A model generated the notes under the pieces. That model ran no database searches. It saw only the letters and a list, made by a program, of their open reading frames with translations, and was not told the DNA's origin. A DNA stretch of 64,000 nucleotides. Origin: the human T2T-CHM13v2.0 reference genome, Homo sapiens. Shown here in pieces: positions 12,854 to 27,464 of this stretch. The number at the start of each line of letters is the position of its first letter. Within the stretch, counting starts at the first letter, position 1. Position numbers and translations under genes: made by a program. Location of the stretch: assembly GCF_009914755.1 (NCBI RefSeq), contig NC_060942.1; one strand, 5' to 3'.

Positions 12854-13426
12854 GGTTGAAAAACTTTATCAGACTTTTTTGGGGGAACTTCTCAAATTTC
12901 CATATTTGGTATGATGTCATGATAGAATGAAATTTGTTGTTCTGCAAAGATTTATAAACATCGTAGTGTCACTTCCTTGAGGACAATATAATTTTAATCC
13001 TTTTTTCCCAGGACAAAGGAAAAAATAATCAAATATATGGTAGATAGTAAGGGTACCTTATGTCTGCAAAAGTCCACATTCTCCTGGAATACTACATCAG
13101 CAGTAGCAGGAAGGACACCTTTTACACTTCAGAAATGCAGAGAAATTGCTGTTGGGTAGACAATTGCTGGAGATATATTGAAATAAGCCTTATGATCTCC
13201 ACTGAGATGAGAGACAAGGTGTCTGAACAGTTAGCGGTGGGGTTCCTGCCACATTCCTGTGAAACTTTATGACTTAGAGGAGTAAAGATAGGCAGAGAGG
13301 CAGACAGATGGCTATACAGAGCCAGCTGATGTGTGAGGCAAAATGCTAGGTCTGGAGAAGAGGAGTTGAAGAAGATGATGGCCAGGGGGCTGAGAGGTGT
13401 TCATAGACCAACTAGTGAAAGGAGAA

Positions 13427-13430
<4 letters not shown>

Positions 13431-13468
<38 letters not shown>

Positions 13469-13670
13469 ACACACACACACACACACACATACATATATAC
13501 ATATGAGTATATATTATATTTTATATATATAAAAAGAATATATATGTATTCCTATAGGTATATATTCCTACATGTAATTCCATATATATATATTTCTTTC
13601 TCTATATATTCCTCTCTCTCTCTATATATATATATATGTTCCTCTGTATATATTCTTCTCTCTATATATG
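13431..13670. repeat. Compound (AT)n(AC)n microsatellite and AT-rich low-complexity tract
   Basis: (AT)~14 then (AC)n then degenerate TA/CT repeats. Confidence 0.92.
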
Positions 13671-16629
13671 TTAATGATTTTCCAACCTTGAAAATCGTAC
13701 TTTCTTTTGAAAACAAGCTAAACTAACACAAATCTCTCACAATGCATGACCCAAGGGTTTCTGGTTTATCACTCTAGGGGCACGTGACCGTGGCCCTCCT
13801 TAAGAATCAAACATTGATATTAACTGATGATTGCAGCGCAGTTGGACCAGTGCTCTAACAGAACTCTGAGCAGAGGGCTTGAGCACACCAAGGAGTAAGA
13901 GGTGGTAAGCACTGGCTCCTGTACTGAGGAAACGGACAAAGTGAAGACCACGTTTGAACCCAACTAGGTTCATTCCTCCACGACAAGCTCTGCATTTTGT
14001 TTGAGCTTCAGAAACAAGGATGAATAAAGCAAGGTGTGCCAAGGAGGGGACACAATCATACCAACTACCCAGCAAAGTCTTCTGATGTGAGGTAATCCCC
14101 ATACTGTTGTAAGCAGGTAGCCGAAACCCTCGGAATACCTACTAGGGATTAGTAACAGCAATGCCTCTAGATCCTCAGTTGCAGCAGGACAGCACCCTCA
14201 TCTGGTTTTGCTGTTTTGGGTCTTAAGCTTCTGGCACAGGGCAAGGCACATGGTAAGCACTCAGTGTTAACATTTGCTGCCGGCATTAAAAAGTGTAGGT
14301 CCCATGGGAACATATAAAGGACAACTGAATTATGCTGTGGTGGTTGATTAAAAAACTTAAAATAAATTTATTTCTGGTAAAAATCAACATCAGGCTATAA
14401 GAAAAAATATAAGATCCACTTAAATTTTTTATTTTACTCTTTAGGGGAAAATAGCTGTTTTATTCCTGCTATTCCTTCAATGTCTCAGTGCTAGTCTCTC
14501 ATAGCTTAAAAATTATACTCAAGACCAATGGAAAAAATAAATATATTACCAAAATAATAAAAGCTTTGTGTAAGAAATAATTATAATTTTCTCTGTAAAA
14601 CTGTCACTTTTTCCTTTTAAAGAAATTTTGTATGTAATATATAATTGGTGTCTAGATATAAATTTAAATCATTTGATATCTCCAAAATATTTTGTTTAGC
14701 CCATTAGTAATAATGAGATTTCAATGGTTATATAAACGTACTCACTAAATCCAGACTGTTCTCCACTGGGGGAGCTTTAATTAGATTTTAATAAGAATGG
14801 TGAGTTAAATATGACTATTAAGAGACCCTTTATTCTGTATATTAATCATGTGTCAAGATAATAAGATGTGTTTTAGGTATTCCAGTTATGGATAAAGAAA
14901 GGGGATGCAGTTTCAACTTAGCTGTTACCAATATTGATGAATTTCTGTTTACTGGTTGGAAAATACATGTTTTCATTGTTTACACATTTCATAATTATCA
15001 CCAGATGTGCCTTAATAAGAATGGATTATTTCAACTGAGGTAATAATTCATTAGCTTGTAAATAAAATGCATATTTGGCAAGCCAAAGAGAAAGCATTAA
15101 CCAATCTAGAATTGTAGTTTTTTTTCCCCTAACTGCTTACAGATTGCCTAGACATTCAAATCCATAAACCACTCGACACCTCCTGCTGAGGCAAGGCCTT
15201 ACTAATGCTGAGTAATAGATTGTTCAGCAGCATGGGAAAATACATTAAGGAAAGAAGGGTGATGTTCACGTATTTTTTAAAAAACCCTCCCCCTTCCCTT
15301 GCTTTCTTCTGTAGCTTTTAATACAGAGCATTGTAAACTCTTCCTCTGCAGTCCTAGGAAAGGACTTGCTCTGTCTTGAGGGATTATGTCTGTGATACAC
15401 TAGGGTTATACAGTTAGAAAATTAATGGTGCACAGAACTGTATTTGAAAATAAGAGCACTCCTTTCTTTAAATTAAAATAATTTGGATACTTTTTGATAA
15501 TTAAATAAATTTGGCTTCATTTTAATATATGATACTTTAAATATTAAACTTGTACTTTGCAAATCTGATGCTATGTCAGATGTTGCAATTGATACTACAG
15601 ATTTTAAACCATGTTATTTATTTATTTCAGCAAACTTTACTTTTACACTTGTACTATAACAGAACTTTTCTATTTTATTTAGTCAAGTTTAAATTTTCTA
15701 ACTTTAGATCATTAGAATTTCTAACTTCTAAGAAGACTAAGACATTCTTCTTAATTTTGCTTTAAATATATTAACTACTGTTTGTAATAAAATTGAAAAT
15801 AATACTATAATGAAATAATGACATTAATTACATGCATTTCAACACACTTATGTACACCATGTTCTACTGGAGATAACTTAGTTGCTTTAAAGGTTAGTTA
15901 AGTTGAGGGTTGGGGTTGTGGTGTGAACCAAGTACAGGCTAACAGATAACTTGGTCTAGGCGAGAAAGCCAGCCTCAGTGTCAAAAATATAACAATAGCT
16001 TTCTGATTTCTTGTGCATACCTCTATTTGTAAAGAATATTGAGCTTAAAGCAGAAATGCTTTTCATTCTCACTTTCAAATGGCTAAAATTAACCAATAGC
16101 TAATGAGAAAAGCACAATAGATGATGTGAACACCAAAACAACAGGCTCAATGGTTCTATCTTTATTTGGTAAAGCAAGGAAATAGCTTATAATAGGGTAC
16201 TGCCTATTTCTTTCTTGTCATTTATCTATTTTTTATGTGTTTTTGCTTTTGTTATGGTCCAGGGAAGTTAAGATAAATCAGCTATTGTTGTAAGGTTTTT
16301 GTTACGATTGATTTTCTGTTGTGTATGAAGCAAATCACACTAAATCAGGTTTCAACTCTTTCAGCAAAGAACAGAAATAATAAGAAAGGCAGAAACTCAA
16401 CTTTTTTTATTTCTCTAACCATTATAACAAAGTTGATGTTTATTAATTTTTATTGTGGCTTCTTAAAAATATTTGCAATTGTAGCAAATTAAATGTTATG
16501 TCATTTAATTTATGACCACTGGGGTCTACCATAGTTAGACAATGAGATCTCCAGGTTAATAAACTCACACAGTTGACATAAAATTTTAAATTCTTTTTAA
16601 TCTCCAGGTTAAAATCTTCTAGAGGTTTT

Positions 16630-16960
16630 GTCATCTCTGACTACTGCAACAGCCTCTGGACTGGTCTCCCTGTTGCCAGTCTTGAGTTCCTGCAATTCAT
16701 TGTCCTCAAAACATTAGGAGTGATATTTAAATGCAAATCAGATCACATCAAAGTTCTGCTCCAAGCCCTCCAGTTGCTTCCATTGTACTTAAAAATATAT
16801 ACATTTCCTTTCAAGACCTCCAAAGCCCTTTATAACCTGGTTCCTGAGAGGTCCCACTACTCTCATCTGATTTTATGCCTCTCTACTCAGTCACAGGGTC
16901 AGCTGAATGTTTCATCAAAGCACCAAACTCTTACTTATCCAGGTCTCTTTGTGCTATAGG
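16630..16960 (+). mobile_element. L2a fragment
   Basis: GACTACTGCAACAGCCTCTGGACTGGTCTCCCTG...AAATGCAAATCAGATCACATC...CTCCAAGCCCTCCAG matches the L2a 3' region. Confidence 0.75.
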
Positions 16961-18034
16961 ACAACAGCTACTTTTTATGAGCTTCATTTGGTGAAAGCAG
17001 TGTAGAGTAACAGCAAAATCCACCAGGTTACAGTAAAGGGTTGCTTTTAATCCAACTTTAATTATTATACCAGGAAGCCCATGCAGTCATTCAAAAAATT
17101 ATTTTGTCCCCTTAAATAAAATCATTGCAGTCATTTGAGTTTTATGCCTTTTTAGCATTCAAAAATTTATTTTATGATAGGAACATTATTTGAAAGTTTA
17201 AATTCATTGCTATTTCTATCTCCTATGCCTACTTCAAAAAGGTTTTGGATTAGGTTTTATAAATTAAGTCCATTAGAATTTCAGAAAATGTGTTAAATGT
17301 AGAGACTTTATCTTTTCTTTCATTAGCAGCTCTGGGTCTGTAGGCACGGCACCATGATATGATAACTACCACCATGTTTAGGCCAGGACTGAAATTTGAG
17401 GTTTGCTATCTGTCTATCATCTCTCTCTCTCTCTTTCCCTACTTACCTACCTACCATCTATCTTTGGTCTATCAATCAACTGTCTACTTTTAATATCAAG
17501 CAAAAACAATAATGGTCAAGTTTTCAGAACACCAAGTATATAGTTAGAAGAAAAAATGTCCTTTGAACAATGTCACAACCAGTAAAATTGAATATGTCAC
17601 TGTGTATGCTTTAGTTTTCCACATTAATCTGAAAGAAGCTGATATTTGCCCAGTATCAATCCCTTAGGAAGATCAAGCAATTCCTTCGATAGCATCTGAA
17701 ATGTTCTGAACACCTCAGCACAAGATGTTCTACAAACACAATGTATTATTATAATCATTGTCTCTATCTATTCTGCACCTAGTAGAGCATACTATTTGCC
17801 ATCCATCTCATACTGATGTTGTAGGGATTAATGAGATATTATCTATAAGGTACTTAAAGCTCCTTGGAATCAGCAGGTTATGTAAATACAAGGGAATTTG
17901 ATTATTTTTAACCCAATGTGTTATGTTGCCTCCTAATTGTCCCTTTTCACCCAGAATAGATGCAAATGATTGATCAAATTCACCCTGAGAGAAATAGCAA
18001 TATAAGATTAAGTTGCTTTGGAAACTGGAATGTA

Positions 18035-18055
18035 TGTGTGTGTGTGTGTGTGTGT
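18035..18055. repeat. (TG)10 microsatellite
   Basis: Read directly. Confidence 0.9.
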
Positions 18056-18649
18056 ATTTGAAATGTCATTTGAATTCACTATCTTAGATGAACATGTTTC
18101 CATTCTGAGCTATTTTGGTTATACTTAAAGGGATGTGATTATAACTCTCAGATCTTGATCTATGAAGCTAAATGTTTTGTACCACATCTCTATTAGAAAA
18201 AAAAAAGTTATAAAGTGAGACATGAAGTCATTTTAGTAGCCTTTGACAAGATTACATGTAATAGCTTTTAGTCAAGATTTTACTAAATCTATAGACACTT
18301 TAGAAATAAAAGCCTGAATTGATGTTTCATAAAACCTCATAAATTTTTCCCTTTCTTTTAAAATAAAATTTCTCTTTTTGAAAGAAATTTAATATTCCTC
18401 AAACAAAAAACCTACATTTTAAATGAGAAACAGGATGTGGGGAGTATTTGTATGAATCAGAAACAAATTAAATGGTATGTAATGAAGAATTAGAATTAAT
18501 TCAAGTGCCTATGGTACTGTGCTTTGAAAAATACATATGAAGGATTCTGTGCAACAGACAAGAGCACTGCATCAGTTTCCAGTACCAGTGCGCTCTACTA
18601 TCTACCCCTCTCTCTTGCTGTCTCATAATCCCTCTGTTTCGCCTTTTAT

Positions 18650-18844
18650 CAATCCTTCCATCCATTGATCTACCCATCTATTCATCCAACCGTCTACTAT
18701 TTATCCATTCACTTATTCCTCTGTCCATCCATCCATCCATTCTTCCATACATCAATCTGTAAATCTATTCACTCATCTATCATTTATCCACCCATCCATC
18801 CATCCATCCATCCATCTGTTCATCCATTCATCCACCTACCCATC
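18650..18844. repeat. Degenerate (TCCA)n tetranucleotide repeat
   Basis: CCATCCATCCATCC runs; resumes briefly after the MLT2 insertion at 19327. Confidence 0.88.
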
Positions 18845-18882
18845 AGTATTAGGCAAGGTTCTCTAGAGAAACAGAACCAATA

Positions 18883-18922
<40 letters not shown>

Positions 18923-19326
18923 ATTAATTTATTATGAGGAATTTATTCACATGATTATAGAGGCTGAGAAGTCTCATGACCTGTCCTCTGCAAGCTGGAG
19001 ACCTAGGAAAGCTGGTGGTGTTGTTTCAGTCAGAATCTGTAGGCCTGAGAACCAGGAGAGCTGATGGTGTAAATCCCAGTTCAAGGGCAGGAGAAATGGA
19101 TGTCCCAACTCAGGCAGTCAGGCAGAAAGAACACAAATCCGTCCTTCTTCAGTTTTTTGTTCTATTCAGGTTCTCAATGAATTGGATGATGACCACCTAT
19201 ATTGAGAAGGTCACCAATTAAAATGCTGATCTCAACCAGAAACACCCTCACAGACACACCCAGAAATGATGTTTAATCTGGGCACTCTGTAGCACAGTCT
19301 ATTGACACACGAAATTAACCGTCACA
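18845..19326 (-). mobile_element. MLT2B-type ERVL solo LTR with internal (AG)n
   Basis: GTATTAG..GGTTCTCTAGAGAAACAGAACCAATA ... AAACACCCTCACAGACACACCCAGAAA ... AAATTAACCGTCACA; TSD CCATC/TCATC. Confidence 0.88.
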
Positions 19327-19409
19327 TCATCCACCCATTTATCTATGTATTTCTCTATCTTTAATATATTTTTTATCTATCTATAAATGTTTTCATGCAA
19401 ATAAAAGCC

Positions 19410-19660
19410 AGCTGCAGGGCTATTAAGTTTTGTGGACAGGGTGCCTGTGTAACAGCACCACTACTTACTAGCAGGACAACTTCCATAAATTACTCTGTGT
19501 ACCTCAGTCTCTTTACCTGTAAAAAGGGAATAACCATAGCTCAGCTCATATGGTTGTTGTGAAGGTAAAAAAAAAAAAAAAAAAACTACATGTAAAGCTT
19601 CTAAAACAGGGTTTAGCACAGAATAAGCACTCAATGATGTTATCTATTAATAGTAGTGAT
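19410..19660 (+). mobile_element. MIR
   Basis: Core CTCTGTGTACCTCAGTCTCTTTACCTGTAAAAAGGGAATAA...GTTGTTGTGAAGG...AGCACAGAATAAGCACTCAAT. Confidence 0.8.
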
Positions 19661-20861
19661 CATTATTCCCTCCCTAATTCCTTTTAATCTTGCTTTCTTT
19701 GTTATTTCATTATAACTCTTATTATTTCCTCCTTCATTCATTCAAAAATATTTATTGAGTAAATACTTGGCATTTATTAATTGAACATTGTATTTTTCTA
19801 CTGGGTATCTTGAATTTGAATCCAGATGACCTTTTAAATTAATCTAACTATATTGCATTTATTTTTGTTGCTTTGAAGAGGCCACCTATATTAATCCTAT
19901 TTCTCATCTCTAAAATAGGAATAAGACTGTTTTTCCTGCCTGCCTCACAATTGTGAGGGTCCAACACTATAAAATATATGAGATATTTTGTAAATTATAA
20001 AACTCAGTGGAAACATGTGTCTTGTGATTATTTACACACTTCTTGCTTCCACCTTTACTCCATAGGGATGGATTTGCTCAGTTTTACTATCTACTTATGG
20101 TGGATGCCTAGCGAATCATCTCCAGTTGCCTATCTGGAAATTGTCATTGGTACCCCCATGTATAGTCTACATTTATATCATTTTCCCTATACGCTAAACT
20201 TAATTTCCAAATTCAAAGAACATTCGATTTGCTATCATTGAACTTCCAGTTTCTTTAAGTTGAAAAATCCTGGAGTCAATTCAATGCCACAAAAAAATTG
20301 AAAACATCATTCTCCTACTTGAATGACTTCCATAATTCACAGTCACCTACCAATACTTCACGTTGACAGTCAAAGCTTATTATACTATGGATTGTGCTTT
20401 AATGTTATAGTCTTAGTTACCAGTACTGCTCTATATGCCCTCTGCATTCCAAGAAGCTGGACAACTTGCATAAGCATGCCTGTGCTTTCTCCTTTCATGA
20501 GTTAACTTATTCTTATCCCATTGATACTAAATTCTTTATTAGTTAACAGACAAACTAAGTGAAAAAAAAAGTACTTTAGAAAATATATCACAGAACATAT
20601 ACAGTTAAGAGATTATTTCTAAAAGTTTCTTTTAACTGTCACCTACCTATATGAAACCATTTTTCATCCTCTGCAACATGGTATGCTCTCTTTTCTTCAA
20701 AACTCTATGGTACTTTTCTATTTTTTTTAATTTAAGAATTTATTTTACTTTGCAACATAGTTATGTGTACATGTTTTGATATAACTATTGTTCATCAGAG
20801 CCGTGTCCTCTCATTTTTGTGGTAAGAATCATAGCATCATATTCACAGTAAGACCTCAATG

Positions 20862-23010
20862 TAGATATACTTTGGAGACATTGCACATTCAGTTCCAGAC
20901 CATTGCAATAAAGTGAATATTGCAATAAAGTGAGTCACACATTTTTGGTTTCCTAGTACATATAAAACTTATGTTTACATGATACTTTATGAAGTGTACA
21001 CAAGCAATATATGTACCTCAATTTAAAAATATTTTATTGCTAAAAGATGCTAATAATCATCTGAGCCTTCAGCTAGTTGTAATCTTTCTGTTGGTGGAAA
21101 ATCTTGCCACCTCGATGTTGATGGCTGCTGACTGTGGCGGTGGTTTCTAAAGTTTGGAGTTGCTGTGGCAATTTCTTAAAATAAGACAACAATGAAGTTT
21201 GCCACATCACTTGACTCTTTTCTTCCATAGAAAATCTTCTACAGAAAACAGCATGTGATGCTGTTTGATAGCATCTTATCCATAGAACCTCTTTCAAAAT
21301 TGGAGTCAATACTCTCAACCCTGCCACTCCTTTATTAACTTAATTTATGCAATATTCTAAAATCATTTGTTATCGTCTTAACAATGTTCATAGCATCTTC
21401 ATTAGGAGGTGTATATTCCATCTTAAGACACTGCTACCTCCTCCCATGAATCGTGAATGTTCTTAATGGAATATAAAATGGTAAATCCTCTCCAGATGGT
21501 TTTCAGTTTACTTTGCCGACATCCATCAGAGGAATTACTCCCTATGGCAGCTATAGCCTTACAAAATGTATTTCTTAATCAATAAAACTTGAAAGTTGAA
21601 ATCACTCCTCGATCCAATGGCTGAAGAATGATGTTGTGTTAGCAGGCATGAATATGACATTAATCTCCTTGTACATCTCCATCAGAGCTCTTGGTCAGTT
21701 ACATTGTTAATGAGTAGTAATGTTTTGAAAGGAATCTTTTCTTCTAAACAGTAGATCTCAAAAGTGGGCATAAAATTTTCAGTAAATCATTGTGTAAACC
21801 GATGTGTTGTCATCTAGACTTAGTTGTTCCCTTTAGAAAGCATAGGCAAAGTAGATTTAGCATCATTCTTAAGGACCTTAGGATTTTTGAAATGGTAAGT
21901 GAGCACTGGCTTCAAATTAAAGTCACCAGCCACATTATCCCCTAACTAGTCAGCCTGTCCTTTGAAATTTAGAAACCAGGCATTGACTTCTCTCTAGCTA
22001 TGAAAGTTCGAGATGGCATCTTCTTCCAATATAAGGCTGTTTTGCCTACACTGAAAATCTGTTGTTAAGTGTAGCCACCTTCATCAGTGATCTTAGCTAG
22101 ATCTTCTGGGGATAACTTGCTGCATCTTTTACATCAACCCTTGCTGCTTCACATTGTATTTTTATGTTATAAAGATGACTTCTCTCCTTCAACCTCATGA
22201 AACAACCTTTGTTGGCTTCCCATTTTTTTCTTGCAACTTCCTTGCCCCTTTCAGCCTTTATAGAACTGAAGATATTGAGAACCTTGCCCTAGATTGGGCT
22301 TCAACTTAAGAGGATGTTGTGGCTTGCTTTATTGTCTATTCAGACCACTAAAAGGTTCTCCATATGGCAATCAGGCTGTTTTGCTTTTTCTGTGCATTTA
22401 CTGGAGTAGCACTTTCAATTGTTTTTCAAGACCTTTTCCTTTGCATTCACAACTTGGCTAACTGTTTGGCACAAGAGGCCTAGCTTTTGGCCTGTCTTAG
22501 CTTTTGACATGCTTTCCTTACTAAGTTTAATCACTCTAGATTTTGATTTAAAGTGAGAGATGTGACACTCTTCCTTTCCCTTGAACACTTAGAGGCCATT
22601 GTAGGGCTAGTAATTGGCCTAATTTTAATATTATTGTGTCTCAGGGAATAGGGAGGCCCAAGGAGGAGGAGATAAATGAGGAAATGGCTGGTCGGCAGAG
22701 CAGTCAGAACACACACACTTATTAAGTTTGCCATCTTGTACGGACAAGGTTTGTGACATTCCAAAACAATTATAATAGTAAAATCGAAGGTTGTTGGTCA
22801 CAGACATAACAATAATGACAAAGTCTGAAATATCATGAGAATTAACGAAGTGTGACACACAGACACAAGGTGAGCACGTTGTTGGAAAAATGGTGCTGAT
22901 GGACTTGCCCAACACAGTGTTGCCACAAACTTTCAATTCAATTTAATTGTAAAAAGCACAATGTCTGAGAAGTGCAGTGAAGTGAAGCACAATAAAATGA
23001 GGTATGCCCG
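20862..23010 (-). mobile_element. Tigger1 DNA transposon (TcMar-Tigger), near full length, transposase disrupted
   Basis: Both TIRs present (TAGATATACTTTGGAGA... and ...AAAATGAGGTATGCCCG vs consensus CAGGCATACCTC). ORF 22531-22764 ends MASKCSRERKSVTSLTLNQNLE (Tigger1/TIGD1 N-terminus). ORF 21073-21327 contains MWQTSLLSYFKKLPQ. Internal deletion near 21430. Confidence 0.95.
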
Positions 23011-23319
23011 CAGGTACTTCTTAAGTGAAGTTGGGCTGCGTGGGGATATCTCGGTATAATAATTAGGGAAGCAAATGAATAGGTTGTATTTTCTTGGGGA
23101 TTACATAGTCCAGAAGAGAGTTTCAGCTATTCTCTCTTTGTCCATACCAAGCAATGTACACTGTACATTTTTTCAGTGTAAGCCCTTCATAGCTAATATT
23201 GTAGCAGTTTTTTTTCTGTCTTTTTTTTTCATGCATTGATAACTGTGAATGTTTCCAGTTTTGAGACCTCTTATCAATATTCACAAAGCCTGCTATCCTT
23301 AGTTTGATCCAATTCAGTC

Positions 23320-23485
23320 AGAAGACCTTGGATAAAGTTCTGCCTGATTCTACTACTTACTCACTTGTGGCTTTAGGTAGCATCCACATCCACATCTGTT
23401 TCTTTATCTATAAACTAGGAGTAATTCTTGCCCTGCCTAACACTGAAACTTGTGTTCATGTATGCCAATACACATAAAAGCACTC
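23320..23485 (+). mobile_element. MIR fragment
   Basis: GAAGACCTTGG..TTCTACTACTTACT..GTGGCTTTAGG..TGTTTCTTTATCTATAAACTAGG core-like. Confidence 0.6.
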
Positions 23486-24322
23486 TCATTTAAACCCCTC
23501 AGCTGATCTACCACCTTCTCATAGCAATTATTTCTTTGTCAGATGCTCAGCTGTAATTAAACCAGTGTGTAGGCTAACTTATACAATCTTTGCTCTGCTG
23601 ACATTTACAGAATACTGGCTGTATGTGAGCCTTGACCATCTGTGATTTGCTGTCTTTTAAATGAGGGACCTGGAGTTGTATAAGATAAGACCCATGGCCT
23701 ACGGGAACTCACATAAAGTAAGAGAGACAGACATATCAACAAGTTTAATAAATGTGATAAGTATTTTAGGGAAGTTTATATAGAGTGCTGTGGTGAACAA
23801 TACAGGGAATTAGAAAAGTTTTTAAAATGAAGATGTTGAACTGGATCTTTGCCACGGCATCCTGCTCTTCTAGATTTTCCTCCACTTTTCCTCCATTAAA
23901 TCACTTGCATCATATACTACAAATTTCAGCTTTCTCCCAAATCTTCTCAGATTACTGTATCTTCATGTTTTCTAGTGTTTTGTACTCAAATTTTTATTAC
24001 ATTGCATTTCCTTCTAAAGTGGTAGAGTGGGAGTGTTTTTTAGTTATTGAATAGTATAAATCTTATTAGCAGAGACAAAATACTAAATTTATTTTCTACT
24101 CTTCCCTCTTACTATTTGGGAAAATAACTGGCATCCTCTGTTGGACCTTTAAATGATGATGCTCTGTCTTCTTTCTGGACTCCCTCTCTCTTTCTCTCTA
24201 CCCTTACCTGCCAATACTGTGATAATTATCCTTAAATGTATATCTTCAGCCAAGATCTATCTTCTGAGTTACTGATGCTCCTGACTTTACACCTCACCCT
24301 GGATGTTTGAAGTCTGCATAAA

Positions 24323-24943
24323 TGACACGGCTCCGATGAGTGAAGGAACACCAGGGTCCGTAGTCTTGTGTCGAATTGGGTACAATGACATGGGCACATG
24401 TGGAGTGTTTTTAAGGAGCAGAGAGTTTAATAGGTGAGAAAGAAGGAAGAAGCGCCCCATATAGAGACAGAGGGAGGGGGCTCTAAACCCTAGAGATGAA
24501 ACCTGGTGTTCAGAAGAAAAGTGGCTGCTTATATGAGGAGGCTGGAGGAGATGGTGTCTGATTGCATAGGGCTCAGGGGATTGGTTGACCAGGAATGTCA
24601 TTCACGTAGCCCACGACAAAACTGGCCCTCCCACCCTAGCTTTTTAATATGCAAATGCAGGGCGCCATGATGTTCTACACAGGTGGGATATGTGGGGGAA
24701 GCCATGTTGCCAGGCACGTGCATGGGCAAGGAAGAAGAAGGCTGGAATCGCCATGTTTGGGTGGAGCCAGTTTCTAATGGCTTGTATTTGCATATCAAAG
24801 GTTGCCTGCCCTGCTCTAAGAGCTGGGGCTTTCCTGCTAGACAAGAAACGTTTCTGGGGCTGCTTTAAAAACAACAAAAACGTCCCAAGGACTCCTTTTC
24901 CTTTTTATCTGCCTAAAATAATTTCTTAATAACTCCTATAACA
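24323..24943 (-). mobile_element. LTR9-family (HUERS-P3, ERV1) solo LTR inserted in an L2
   Basis: Minus strand begins TGTTATAGGAGTTATTAAGAAATTATTTTAGGCAGATA and ends CTCATCGGAGCCGTGTCA; ~620 bp; flanks (CTCACCCTGGATGT... / ...CAAACT..AAAACTAAA) look like one interrupted L2. Confidence 0.8.
24786..24800 (-). promoter_or_regulatory. SOX-OCT composite motif within LTR9 (candidate)
   Basis: Minus strand reads CTTTGATATGCAAAT; a second octamer ATGCAAAT lies at 24649-24656. Confidence 0.55.
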
Positions 24944-25500
24944 TTACAAACTGGGTAAAACTAAAAAGAAACATATGTCCTCCCACCACTGTGTGCCCCA
25001 GCATGCCCTGGCCAGGAATCTGCTCTCCCTTAAGGTGCTACTTACCAGTAAATGCACGTGATTGCTCCAGAGAGGAGCCTGGGAGACCCCTCTCCTCTCC
25101 CGCTCATCCCCTATTTCCAAATACTGACTGTGTCCTATTAAATATATTCTGTTTGCCTCTATTAATCTTATCAACTGCTCTTACTCAAAGCAGTTGATAA
25201 TGACATCTGTTTAGTTCTCAGACTTGCAAATCAAAACTTAACTATTATATCTGTGTAGTTTTCCTCCTCTGCAGGGAGTCATCAAAGCATTAGAATCAGG
25301 TGATCGTATACTTGATAGGCTTACAGGGTGTCAGCAATGGATTTGAGATATACCTAATGGCTATAATCATCTCACTGGCCCGCCAAACTGAAGCAATTAA
25401 ATATATATGTAAATTTTCCCCCCATATAATCAGTTTTTTACGTGTGTGTTATAACATTGAAAAATTAAAGTCTTAGGTGAAGCATTTTCTGCAGTAATGA

Positions 25501-25927
<427 letters not shown>

Positions 25928-26188
25928 TATTGTACAATATGTTGATGCCTTCTGTTTAGTTGTGTAGGCCTATTGCCTGTTCACTAAATGATCATATACA
26001 CCTATAACTTTAAAGTTTGTGCTTTTATTTTTATCGTTTTTATATCGGACTCAATGTGTCTTTGTAAAATTACATGTTCCTAAAGAGGTGGATCTATCAA
26101 GTTTTCTTTACACAGCTCTTAGCACAGAGCTTGCCTAAGTAAGTTAGGGGATTACTTTTAAAGGTAAAAGTATTTGAAGCCATTAAGT

Positions 26189-26514
<326 letters not shown>

Positions 26515-27148
26515 TGAAGATTTTTTTAAAATTCCATTTTGCGGGAAAAGGAAAATGCTGATCAAGCTAATATAAGTTAATAACTTCATAATTTATCTTT
26601 TTTTGTGTATGGAGTTAGATCTTGGGAAATATTTTTTAATCCATAGCATATTTGTACCAATAAAAAAAAGATCTGCAAGGAATAACTTTCCCAATTATAG
26701 ATAATTTGAAGAATCCTCTTCTACTGATAAGAAAACTGATTTTATGTAGGTTTAAATATATCTGGATGCCACTGCTTTCTCTTCCCATTCCCTTTTCACA
26801 TACTGTCCTTAACATTTGTCATGGAGAAACAGGTGCATGTTAAAGAGCCCGTTCAAACTGAACACATACACATTTTGCTCCAGGGCAAAGGGGAAAAACA
26901 AACACTTATTTCACTGGAAGCAGGATGGCTTGCTGGGATTTCATCCCCTTAGTGCATTGTTGCCCTTCATTTTCTAAAGATAAATACACCAGTGTCCATT
27001 GGGTTGGCTTCACGTCTCCAGTTGGCACCTAAACTAACATAATTTCCCTTCTTCATCTTCTTTGTCATCAAGCTACTGAAACCACCATTGCAAATTATAA
27101 CTGAGACAGTCAAAGAGATCTGATCTAACCAACTCCATCTTGCTTCTG

Positions 27149-27464
<316 letters not shown>

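Noticed and set aside
23153-23169. AATGTACA-C-TGTACATT inverted repeat
   Set aside because: 8-bp arms are within chance expectation for this window size.
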